Part shown: positions 39,749-48,617 of the stretch, piece after piece
Numbering within the stretch: position 1 is the first letter of the stretch
How the letters are laid out: each line of letters starts with the position of its first letter
Assembly (NCBI GenBank): GCA_964409875.1
Contig: CAYPEN010000003.1
Coordinates: 64,557-128,556 of the forward strand
Length of the DNA stretch: 64,000 nucleotides
From: an uncultured Gammaproteobacteria bacterium
Lineage (GTDB): Bacteria > Patescibacteriota > Microgenomatia > Levybacterales > GWA1-39-11
Direction of reading: 5' to 3'
Translations under genes and position numbers: made by a program
The notes under the pieces: model-generated
Database searches by the model: none
Told to the model about the DNA's origin: nothing
What the model saw: the letters and a program-made list of their open reading frames with translations, nothing else

Positions 39749-41566
39749 ATGACTGATGAATTAAAACCTCAACTCGACAGCGCTCTCCAACAAAAAAAGC
39801 TCAACGAAAAAGCTTACAAAGAAATAACCAAATGGTTAACAGATCCTGAGTTTGAAGAATTTGTACCGTCTCTTTCAGAAAGAATAAAAAGTGAGGATTG
39901 GGAATTCCTCATGGACGCTTTTTATCGGGTACTAATATTTGGTACCGGTGGAATACGTGGAGTGATGGATATCGGGACTAACCGCATGAATAACTACATG
40001 ATTCGTTGGGCATCCCAAGCATATGCTCAGTACATTCTCAAGCACAAAGCGGATATGAAAGACAGGGGTGTTGCAATTGCATTTGACTCACGGCACAATT
40101 CCGAGACCTTCATGAAAGAAACTGCAAGAGTCTTGGCCGCAAATGGCATTCCTGTGCACATTTATAATTACTACAAAGCTACTCCTCAATTGTCTTTCAC
40201 TGTTAGGGAACTTAAGTGTGTTGGTGGGATAGTGCTTACCGCAAGCCATAACCCTCCCAAATTCAATGGGTATAAAGTGTATGACGAGAACGGAGTCCAG
40301 GTTTTGCCCGATGTGGGACTTCAGATTGAGGAGGAATTTAATAATGTGTTACAGATTAAAAAAATTCCTTTTGAGGAAGCAGTCGCTAGCGGTATGATTA
40401 ATTATATTCCCGACGAGGTTAGCAAAAAATTTGCAGAAAGCGCGAAGAAAGCGTCAATTTACGGTAAACGGGACGTAAAAATCGTCTTTTCACCTCTTCA
40501 TGGAGTGGGTTCCCAGTCTGTACTTCCTGTTTTAAAGGAACTGGGATTTAATGACATCGTCCTCGTGCAGGAACAGATGGAGTTGAATGGAGATTTTCCA
40601 AATGTTACGGGACAATTTCCCAATCCTGAATTTCCCGTAGTCTACGATAAGGCAATAGACCTTGCAAAAAAAGAGAATGCGAATATTGTGCTCGTTAGTG
40701 ATCCGGATGCAGACCGCCTTGGGATGGCAGTTCCTGACGCAAAAGGGGAGTGGATACCTCTTAATGGAAATCAAGGGGCTGTTGTTATGGTCTATTTTAT
40801 CCTTGAGGCACTGAAGGAAAAAAATTCTCTTCCCCAAAACCCTGTCATGGTAAAAACTTCCGTTACAACCGAATTATTCAGAGATATCGCGGAAAGTTAC
40901 GGGGTAGAAGTTATTGGGGACTTGTTGGTAGGATTTAAGTTTATCGGGGATAGAATTGAGCATTTGCCATCCGACAAAACATTCATATTTGCGGCTGAGG
41001 AGAGTGTGGGATATCTGTTTGGGGATGCATATAGGGATAAAGGGGCTGAAACGCCGGCTGTCGTTGCCGCCGAAATGGCCGCCTACTGCAAGGAAAAAGG
41101 AATAACACCCATGGAGCTTTTGGAGAAGATATACCAACAATTTGGTTATTATGCAGAACGGCTTTTTTATAAAGAAATTACCGGCTTTGGAGCATTTGAC
41201 CAGATGAATTTGGCAATGAAGAAATTGAGAGAAAATCTCCCTAAGGAAATTGGGGGGCGTAAGGTATTGAAGGTTCTTGATAGGTTAACAGGAGAATTAA
41301 GGGACGGACAAACCGGTGAGCTTCTTGATACGAGAGCCTGGGACAAGGGAGATATGCTTTCATTTTTCTTTACTGAGGATGAGCGGACTGTAATTCACGC
41401 GCGGCCGTCAGGAACAGAGCCTAAAATGAAATATTACACCAATGTAAAGGGCAAACTTTCAGAGCAGTCGAAAGGCGAAATAATGCACGAGGCAGAAATC
41501 TTAGAGCAGGCAATTGCAAAAATTTTTGAAGAAATTCTTGCCACAGTGCAGGTGAACGTTTTTTAA
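39749..41566 (+). CDS. phosphoglucomutase/phosphomannomutase
   Basis: FGTGGIRG, TASHNP, DPDADR, AEES.G, RPSGTEPK.K.Y. Confidence 0.97.
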   Translation: MTDELKPQLDSALQQKKLNEKAYKEITKWLTDPEFEEFVPSLSERIKSEDWEFLMDAFYRVLIFGTGGIRGVMDIGTNRMNNYMIRWASQAYAQYILKHKADMKDRGVAIAFDSRHNSETFMKETARVLAANGIPVHIYNYYKATPQLSFTVRELKCVGGIVLTASHNPPKFNGYKVYDENGVQVLPDVGLQIEEEFNNVLQIKKIPFEEAVASGMINYIPDEVSKKFAESAKKASIYGKRDVKIVFSPLHGVGSQSVLPVLKELGFNDIVLVQEQMELNGDFPNVTGQFPNPEFPVVYDKAIDLAKKENANIVLVSDPDADRLGMAVPDAKGEWIPLNGNQGAVVMVYFILEALKEKNSLPQNPVMVKTSVTTELFRDIAESYGVEVIGDLLVGFKFIGDRIEHLPSDKTFIFAAEESVGYLFGDAYRDKGAETPAVVAAEMAAYCKEKGITPMELLEKIYQQFGYYAERLFYKEITGFGAFDQMNLAMKKLRENLPKEIGGRKVLKVLDRLTGELRDGQTGELLDTRAWDKGDMLSFFFTEDERTVIHARPSGTEPKMKYYTNVKGKLSEQSKGEIMHEAEILEQAIAKIFEEILATVQVNVF

Positions 41567-41569
41567 TCC

Positions 41570-42340
41570 GTGGAACCCCAACATCTTTTAGATATCCAAA
41601 AAAAAGTAGAGGAAATTGTAATTTCTAGTGGAATGTACGCATTATCAAAATGGGAGGATGTAGTTGCAGTGCAGAAGGGGGATGAGGGAGACGTGGTAAC
41701 TGATGTCGATAAAATAATCGAGGAAGATATAAAGACAAAGCTGGGCGGTTTGGTTCCTGGTGCATCAATTGTCGGAGAGGAGTCGGGAGGCGAGGGAACG
41801 GGGCTCTACTGGGTCATAGACCCAATTGATGGTACAAAAAATTATGCACATAAAATGCCAGGATTTCTCACGCAGGTCGCACTAATTTCAAATAATGAGT
41901 CCATTTTGGGGGTTGTATATGACCCTGTTGCGCGTCATTTATTTTCTGCAAGCAAGGATAACGGTACATTTCTCAATGGAATAGCAATAGCGTGTCAACC
42001 ACGCGTTGACTCTTTATCAAAAGCCGTCCTTGACGTAGATTTTGGAGGAACTGAAGACTCAGAATGGAAAGCAAAGGTTTTCGCAAATTTAGCAAAGCAG
42101 ACATACAGAGTGCGCGTAAGCGGAGGGAGGTTTTCTCCCTATCTTCTCACCGGTGGGGTAAATGCTGTTTTGGTAGTTAATCCAACTACTAAAGCTTGGG
42201 ACCAATTGCCCCGATTGATACTTATGAAAGAGGCAGGATTTGATATAAGAGAGAAAGAGCGCGAAGGACACGTGGTGCGTGTCATGGCAGAACCCTCTTT
42301 AACCAATGCAATTTGGGAGATAGTGGATATGGTTATATAG
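41570..42340 (+). CDS. inositol monophosphatase family protein
   Basis: VT.VD, GEE, WVIDPIDGT.N, WD. Confidence 0.93.
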   Translation: MEPQHLLDIQKKVEEIVISSGMYALSKWEDVVAVQKGDEGDVVTDVDKIIEEDIKTKLGGLVPGASIVGEESGGEGTGLYWVIDPIDGTKNYAHKMPGFLTQVALISNNESILGVVYDPVARHLFSASKDNGTFLNGIAIACQPRVDSLSKAVLDVDFGGTEDSEWKAKVFANLAKQTYRVRVSGGRFSPYLLTGGVNAVLVVNPTTKAWDQLPRLILMKEAGFDIREKEREGHVVRVMAEPSLTNAIWEIVDMVI

Positions 42341-42392
42341 TTGACGAGTTGTGAAAGAATAATTTATAGTTACATCAAGAATATAAAAGGTT

Positions 42393-42932
42393 ATGGAAAT
42401 GGGACACACTTTTAAAGATATCGAACACTTGCCGCGAGAAACGGTTGCTGAAAAATTTGGGAGCGATTTACGGAATTTAGGATACACAGTTGTAGAGACT
42501 GACTTCGATAGGCCGTGGGGAGGTTTTTTCAGAATTTCTGATGATGAGGCGCCTCGCTTTTTGAATGATTATTTCAATGGTGTAGATTTACCACCCACAG
42601 TTGAGGGAGCTACTTTGAGTCCAAAATTTCTTATCGTTGAGCCTGAAAAAAAGCTCTCTTGGCAAGTACACGACAGAAGAGCGGAATTTTGGCGCGTTGT
42701 TGACGGCCCGGTTGGTGCATACTTGAGCCAGACGGATGAACAGCCCGATAGTCCCCAGGTTTTTCAAAATGGAGAAACAATTGATATGCCAGTAGGAACC
42801 AGACACAGATTGGCCGGACTTGATAAGAGAGGGATAGTTGCAGAAATTTGGATTCATACTGACCCAAATAATCCTTCAGATGAGAGCGATATAAGAAGAA
42901 TTTCTGATGATTTCGGAAGAGAAAGCAAATAA
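42393..42932 (+). CDS. cupin, mannose-6-phosphate isomerase-like
   Basis: RPWGGF, LSWQVH.RR.E.W.VV.G, HRL, DI.R..DDF.R. Confidence 0.85.
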   Translation: MEMGHTFKDIEHLPRETVAEKFGSDLRNLGYTVVETDFDRPWGGFFRISDDEAPRFLNDYFNGVDLPPTVEGATLSPKFLIVEPEKKLSWQVHDRRAEFWRVVDGPVGAYLSQTDEQPDSPQVFQNGETIDMPVGTRHRLAGLDKRGIVAEIWIHTDPNNPSDESDIRRISDDFGRESK

Positions 42933-42937
42933 CAACA

Positions 42938-43867
42938 ATGGATGAGATTAAAAATTTAGATAAAATTGTACTAGAAGCTTTGGATTTTTTTGTTAAAAAT
43001 CCACCGTCTTCTTTTGATATTTCCACATATAATCTTCCATTCGTAGTCGGTTCGGGAAATGCGTACAACACCGGTACCATACTTTTCTCACAAAAGGCTG
43101 CAATATTTGCAGATGAGAGCAACTTTCGAAATGTTATTGATGCATATAAAAAAGCAGTTGAAAGTAGAATGATAACGCAGGCTGTAGTAATTTCGGCTTC
43201 CGGTGGGAAAGATAGTGTTTGGGAGTTAGAGCTTGCAAAACAAAACGGTCTTCAAACAACATTGCTTACAACAAAATCAGAATCGGATGCTGCAAAAATT
43301 GCAGATAAGCTTTTTGTATTTAAGTCAATTGCGGAGCCCTATACTTATAACACTTCCACCTACATGGGCATGATAATGGCAGCAAGTCGGGAGAACCCCG
43401 TTGTAATAAAAGACTATCTATTATCTTTGGAATTTCCAGAAAACTTCAGCAACTATTCAGCGTATTCGTTTGTATTGCCGGATAAATTTATGCCCATCTG
43501 CCCGATGCTAGAGATAAAAAAGAGCGAACTATTTGGACCCAAATTATCTCTTCGGGCATTTAGCCAGGGACATGCAAGGCATGCAAAATTTGTAATAAGA
43601 GATAAAGGCGAACTTGTAATCTCTATCGGTCAAAAAAACGACTACTTTGGAGATACAGAAAGTAGATGGGACATTTTTCCGACCGACGATTTTAATTTTG
43701 CAGGAATAATGGCACTTACTTATTATATTGTAGGCAAAATCCAGGCATCCAAACCGCAATATTTCAAAGAAAACATAAAGAATTATGTCTCCGATTATGG
43801 TCCCAAAGCGTACGGAGAGACTACAAAACCGTTTGAACTGATTGTGTCAGGGACAGAAAGCAATTAG
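42938..43867 (+). CDS. SIS-domain sugar isomerase-like protein
   Basis: VGSGNAY..G, ISASG.K, TT...S..A; duplicated SIS-like layout. Confidence 0.7.
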   Translation: MDEIKNLDKIVLEALDFFVKNPPSSFDISTYNLPFVVGSGNAYNTGTILFSQKAAIFADESNFRNVIDAYKKAVESRMITQAVVISASGGKDSVWELELAKQNGLQTTLLTTKSESDAAKIADKLFVFKSIAEPYTYNTSTYMGMIMAASRENPVVIKDYLLSLEFPENFSNYSAYSFVLPDKFMPICPMLEIKKSELFGPKLSLRAFSQGHARHAKFVIRDKGELVISIGQKNDYFGDTESRWDIFPTDDFNFAGIMALTYYIVGKIQASKPQYFKENIKNYVSDYGPKAYGETTKPFELIVSGTESN

Positions 43868-43903
43868 CTTGCATTTTTTTTAACTTTCTTCCACAATAAA
43901 TAC

Positions 43904-45076
43904 ATGCTCCTGCCTATTGATTTTGTAGTGGGAAATGAGTCCCTTGAGTTTGAGGATAGACACGTCGTCGGTGAAGATATTGCTTCCCTTGGAGAATTTT
44001 CAAAAAAAGGACTTATTTTGCCCGGAATTATCCTAACGCCTTATGCTTTTTGGCATTTTCTTGACGACAATAACCTAAGAACACAAACTAAGCACCTTTT
44101 GGGGAGCATCAATCACGAGCATCATAGCTCACTCTCACAAATTTCTTTATACATCCAGAATGGAATTATGAGCGGGAAAATTCCCTCTGATATTTCGAAA
44201 TTATTATTCAAGAAAATCGATAGTAACAAAGAATATTTTATCGAAGCCTATTTTTTTCGAGGGGGTTCTCCTATTGGAAACCATAAATCACCACCTATAA
44301 AGGGGGAATCGGTTGTAGCCCACGAGGTGCGTATGTTGTGGGCACAACTTTTCTCACATGAAAATCTAAAGAGGCATACTATTAATCACACAAATCACCA
44401 AGAATTTACAGTTTGTCTTGCCATACGCCCACATCTTAAATTTGAATTAGAGGGTCATGTCAAAACCTTCGGTGCAAAAAAAAGTGAGTACGAAATAGAG
44501 GCCCGTTCGCATTTACGGCTTTCATACCACAAATATTCCAACGCATTTGTTAAGGGGCATGTTCTTCCCGGTGGTAAAAAAAATGCATTGAGTGTTGCAG
44601 AACTTAAAACACTTCTTGAGTATGCCAGGATGTCAGAAAAGGCATTTCTTCTGCCACATGAAATGGTATGGGGTAAACATGCAGGAAAAATGTATGTGAC
44701 CAAAATAATGCCGATATCCTCATTTATTGAGCATGAGAGCTCGTATGATTTCCTTGCAAAAAGCATGACGGTAACACCCGGCATTACTATCGGAAGACTC
44801 AATGTTATAAATGAAAAGGAGAAGATAGTTTTTGTATCGCAAGACGAGATTGTTTTACTGAAGGAAATCGATAGGAAAATGATTGAAACGGTAAAAAAAG
44901 CGAAAGGAATAATTGTTGAAACAGATCCTCATCCTGAAATAGTTGCGCTTCTCAAAAGTGTTGGAATACCTACCGTTATAAGAAAAAGAGAACGGCTATT
45001 GTACTCTACCGGAGACATTATCAGTCTTAATGCCACGACAGGTGAAATACGGCGTGGAAGTATTCTTGTTAGTTAA
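43904..45076 (+). CDS. degenerate PEP synthase/PPDK-like protein (N-terminal and swivel domains)
   Basis: VG...ASLGE, P.....AF..F, PG...G...V, A.GI......GIP.VI...TGD.I..NAT.G.I; canonical RSS and TSHAAI motifs absent. Confidence 0.65.
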   Translation: MLLPIDFVVGNESLEFEDRHVVGEDIASLGEFSKKGLILPGIILTPYAFWHFLDDNNLRTQTKHLLGSINHEHHSSLSQISLYIQNGIMSGKIPSDISKLLFKKIDSNKEYFIEAYFFRGGSPIGNHKSPPIKGESVVAHEVRMLWAQLFSHENLKRHTINHTNHQEFTVCLAIRPHLKFELEGHVKTFGAKKSEYEIEARSHLRLSYHKYSNAFVKGHVLPGGKKNALSVAELKTLLEYARMSEKAFLLPHEMVWGKHAGKMYVTKIMPISSFIEHESSYDFLAKSMTVTPGITIGRLNVINEKEKIVFVSQDEIVLLKEIDRKMIETVKKAKGIIVETDPHPEIVALLKSVGIPTVIRKRERLLYSTGDIISLNATTGEIRRGSILVS

Positions 45077-45077
45077 T

Positions 45078-46340
45078 ATGCCAAAAATAGATTCGGTTGT
45101 TGCGCGGGAAATATTTGACACTCATGGGAATCCAACCATTGAGACCATGGTGTCTTTAAATGACGGAACGACCGCGCGTTCATCTGTTCCCACCGGTATT
45201 ATGAAAGGGACATATGAAGCGCAGCAGTTAAGAGACGGTGATACCAATAGATTTTTTGGTCAAGGTGTTCTTCAGGCAGTTGAGGCCGTCAACACAGTCA
45301 TTGCTCCGAAGCTTATTGGAATGGAAGCGGTGGAGCAGCAACAAATCGATAAGTTGATGCTTGAGCTTGATGGCACCCAAAACAAAATGAAATTGGGGGG
45401 CAACAGCATCCTTTCTGTTTCCCAAGCGGTTTGTAAGGCAGCTGCAAAGAGTTCACTTCTTCCCTTGGTGCTTTACATAAGACAATTTATCGCAAGAGAA
45501 AAGACGGAACACAGAATTCCTACTCCAATGTTTAACATTATTGAAGGAGGAAAGCATGCGGAAAACACGTTAAATTATCAAGAGTTTCTTGTAATCCCGG
45601 CAACCTCCCATACGCTTTCAGAGTCGCTTGAGATAGGGGTTACGATTTATAAGACGCTTCGTGGGTATCTTAAGGATAACAATCAGTCTGTTCTTTGCGC
45701 TGATGAAGGGGGATTTGCCCCATCCTATGCGTCAAATGCAGATGCTTTCAGAACAATCAAGACCGTTATTGGAATGACACGGTTCGAGTTTTTGAAAGAC
45801 GTATTTATGGGTGTTGATGTTGCTGCCAATGCTTTTCTTTCCAACAAAAAATATACTATAAAGGATAAAAATGGGCAGCTTGACCAGGATGATCTTTTGG
45901 AAATTTATCAGGGGCTTGTAAATGACTACTCGCTCGTTTATTTTGAAGACCCTTTTGCGGAGGACGATTGGGAAGGGTGGAAAAAAATGTACCTTCAATT
46001 TGCATCAAAATCACTCATTTGTGGAGACGATATTACGAGCACCAACCCTTATAGGCTCCAGTCGGCTCTCAATAATGACGTTTTGAACGCAATTGTTATT
46101 AAGCCAAACCAAATAGGGACAGTAACGGAGGCCTTGGCGGTTGCCGAGATAGCCAGGTTCAAGCAGCTAAAAATTATCGTAAGCTCAAGAAGCGGGGAGA
46201 CCGAGGACAATTTTATAGCCGATTTTGCCGTAGCCGTGGATAGTGATTACGTAAAGTTCGGTGCGCCAGCGAGGGAAAGAGTTACAAAATACAATAGGCT
46301 TCTTGCGATAGAACAAGAGCTTTCAAAAAGTAAACTATAA
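45078..46340 (+). CDS. eno: enolase (divergent)
   Basis: AREIFD..GNPT.E, QEF, DEGGFAP, EDP..EDDW, IKPNQIG, RSGETED. Confidence 0.92.
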   Translation: MPKIDSVVAREIFDTHGNPTIETMVSLNDGTTARSSVPTGIMKGTYEAQQLRDGDTNRFFGQGVLQAVEAVNTVIAPKLIGMEAVEQQQIDKLMLELDGTQNKMKLGGNSILSVSQAVCKAAAKSSLLPLVLYIRQFIAREKTEHRIPTPMFNIIEGGKHAENTLNYQEFLVIPATSHTLSESLEIGVTIYKTLRGYLKDNNQSVLCADEGGFAPSYASNADAFRTIKTVIGMTRFEFLKDVFMGVDVAANAFLSNKKYTIKDKNGQLDQDDLLEIYQGLVNDYSLVYFEDPFAEDDWEGWKKMYLQFASKSLICGDDITSTNPYRLQSALNNDVLNAIVIKPNQIGTVTEALAVAEIARFKQLKIIVSSRSGETEDNFIADFAVAVDSDYVKFGAPARERVTKYNRLLAIEQELSKSKL

Positions 46341-46351
46341 TTAGTTATTGG

Positions 46352-47026
46352 TTAGGAATTTTTTGTTGAAAAGAGAAGAACGAATTCTCCTTTGGGTTGT
46401 TTGGTTGAATAGAGTTTTGTCAATTCCGAAGCTTTGTTTGAAAAGATATCCTCATGTATTTTTGTAAGTTCGCGTGCGACCGTTATTTCGATATCATCAA
46501 ACACTCCCTTTATCAATTCCAAAGTTTCACAAATTCTGTGTGGCGACTCATAAAGGACAACTGTTGTCTCAAGACTTTTAACCGACTCAAGATTTTTTAT
46601 AGCTTTTGACCTGGTTTTTGGGAGGAACCCTAGAAAAACAAACTTATCGGTTGGAAGACCAGAAGAAGAAAGTGCTGTAATGAGCGCTGACGGTCCGGGA
46701 ACCGGAATGACTCTTATGCCGCGTTTTCTTGCTTCAGAAACCAACCGGTAACCAGGGTCTGAGATAAGTGGGGTGCCCGCATCGGAAACAAGCGCAACAT
46801 CAACTGTTTTAAGAAGGCTTAGCGCCTCATACAGAACGTTTTCTTCATTGAATTCATTAAAAGGAATAAGTCTGCCGTTTTTTATCTCATATTTTTCCAA
46901 CAACTTTTTTGTCTGACGCGTATCCTCGCAAAGAACTGCCCCAACCTCATTTAAGGTCGAAAGAGCTCTTGAAGTAATATCTTGCATGTTGCCGATTGGA
47001 GTTGCTACAATGTACAAATTGCCCAT
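46352..47026 (-). CDS. rsmI: 16S rRNA C1402 2'-O-methyltransferase
   Basis: LYIVATPIGN..DIT.RA, CEDTR, SDAGTP.ISDPG, ARELTK.HE, KGEFV. Confidence 0.97.
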   Translation of the reverse strand: MGNLYIVATPIGNMQDITSRALSTLNEVGAVLCEDTRQTKKLLEKYEIKNGRLIPFNEFNEENVLYEALSLLKTVDVALVSDAGTPLISDPGYRLVSEARKRGIRVIPVPGPSALITALSSSGLPTDKFVFLGFLPKTRSKAIKNLESVKSLETTVVLYESPHRICETLELIKGVFDDIEITVARELTKIHEDIFSNKASELTKLYSTKQPKGEFVLLFSTKNS

Positions 47027-47638
47027 ATGTTAGAAATTGTCTCACATTTTATCATAAGCTTCATCCAATCTACCTCCTATCTCGGAATTTTTGTTCTTAT
47101 GGGCCTCGAGTCAGTGCTGATTCCTATTCCATCAGAAATTACAATGCCGTTCTCAGGATTTCTTGCTTCCCAAGGAACCTTGAATTTGTGGCTCGTTATA
47201 GTAACGGGAACGATAGCAAATCTTGTCGGGAGCCTTATTGCGTATTACATCGGATATTTTTTAGAAGAAACCGTTCTTTTGAAGCTTATCAGAAAATATG
47301 GGAAGTTTATACTTGTTTCTGAGAAAGAATACCGTCATGCAGAGCATTGGTTCCAAAAATACGGAGATAAAATCATTTTCATTTCCCGTCTACTCCCTGC
47401 TGTAAGAACCGTTATATCTCTACCCGCAGGAGTGTTCAGGATGAACATGAAGAAATTTGTTATTTACACTACGGTTGGGTGCTTTCTCTGGTCGGCATTC
47501 CTGACATATGTTGGATACGTCATGGGTGAGAATTGGAAAGCCCTAGACCCTTACTACCGAAAATTTGAGTACCTAATCCTTGCTGCCATCATTTTTGGCG
47601 GGATATATTTTGTCGTCAGAAAAATCCGTAAAGGTTAG
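47027..47638 (+). CDS. DedA family membrane protein
   Basis: LM.LES...PIPSE...PF.G, F.KYG, RLLP.VRT.IS.PAG. Confidence 0.95.
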   Translation: MLEIVSHFIISFIQSTSYLGIFVLMGLESVLIPIPSEITMPFSGFLASQGTLNLWLVIVTGTIANLVGSLIAYYIGYFLEETVLLKLIRKYGKFILVSEKEYRHAEHWFQKYGDKIIFISRLLPAVRTVISLPAGVFRMNMKKFVIYTTVGCFLWSAFLTYVGYVMGENWKALDPYYRKFEYLILAAIIFGGIYFVVRKIRKG

Positions 47639-47640
47639 AA

Positions 47641-47769
47641 GTGGAACAACAAGTATCTATTCGATCCCAAGATTGTCCTGTTTGTTGTGCCCCAATGGGA
47701 GATATGCCAGGTTCAAGAGATGCTGTTTGTCACAAGTGTGGATATAAAGACCCTTGCTGTGAGTGTTAA
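47641..47769 (+). CDS. 42-aa Cys-rich zinc-ribbon microprotein (not in ORF track)
   Basis: MEQQVSIRSQDCPVCCAPMGDMPGSRDAVCHKCGYKDPCCEC; fills the dedA-lexA gap exactly. Confidence 0.7.
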   Translation: MEQQVSIRSQDCPVCCAPMGDMPGSRDAVCHKCGYKDPCCEC

Positions 47770-48419
47770 TTTACCGGAGAAAATTTGCGGACTAAGCCTG
47801 TCACAACCCCCTGGATTCTACATTCATTTGGGTAAATCGGTTCCATTTCGCTGTTTGACGGCATCAAGACAATTCTTCCCTCCTTTTTATAGAAGCGCTT
47901 AAGAGTTGCAAGACTGTCATCAACAAGTGCAACGACGATATCTCCTTCATTGCAAACGTCGGTTTTTTCAACTACTACAAAGTCTCCATCAAAAATTCCG
48001 TCTTCAATCATAGAATTTCCTTTTACTTGCAGCGCATAAGAAGTACGTTTGCCCGAAATCATTGAAGAGGCGACATCAAGAGTAGCTTCGGGGTCGGTGT
48101 GGGGTTCCAAAGGTTGGCCAGCAGCGATAAATCCCATAAGCGGAAGGGAGATGGTGGTGCCTACGCCTTTTACTTTCTCGCCGATGAGTGCGCCTATTTG
48201 GTCTTTTTTGAGGATTTTTAACGTTCTCATGTTGCCGTCAACCTTTTGAAGATACCCTTTTTCAACAAGGCCACGGATCAATGAATGGATAGTTGACGGG
48301 GCTCTTCTGTTCATAGCATCTGCCATTTCCCGAAGCGTTGGCGAGTATCCGTTTCTTTCCTGGAATTGCCAGATGAATGTTAGGAGTTCGCGTTCTCTTC
48401 GGTATAAAACTGCTGTCAT
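47766..48419 (-). CDS. lexA: SOS repressor LexA
   Basis: GYSPTLREM wHTH, IAAGQP cleavage site, GNSM Ser, TLKR Lys. Confidence 0.97.
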   Translation of the reverse strand: MTAVLYRRERELLTFIWQFQERNGYSPTLREMADAMNRRAPSTIHSLIRGLVEKGYLQKVDGNMRTLKILKKDQIGALIGEKVKGVGTTISLPLMGFIAAGQPLEPHTDPEATLDVASSMISGKRTSYALQVKGNSMIEDGIFDGDFVVVEKTDVCNEGDIVVALVDDSLATLKRFYKKEGRIVLMPSNSEMEPIYPNECRIQGVVTGLVRKFSPVN

Positions 48420-48497
48420 AATCTTATAGGTGATATTTGATGGTTAATAATTGATAGAAAAAAGTTTAATTAATTTAACAAAAAACTATACTAAATT

Positions 48498-48525
48498 TAT
48501 ACGAAAAATATACGAAGGTTGTCAA
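48498..48525 (-). promoter_or_regulatory. lexA promoter with direct-repeat operator candidate
   Basis: TTGACA at 48525-48520, followed by TTCGTATA-TTT-TTCGTATA (TTCGT-N6-TTCGT) covering the spacer and -10. Confidence 0.65.
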
Positions 48526-48617
48526 GAGATGCAATGTGTAACAAACTATAGCAACTTTGAATTGGCTTCTCGATTTCCCATCCTTTAGCCTCAAAAGTGT
48601 GGTACAATATAATTTCT

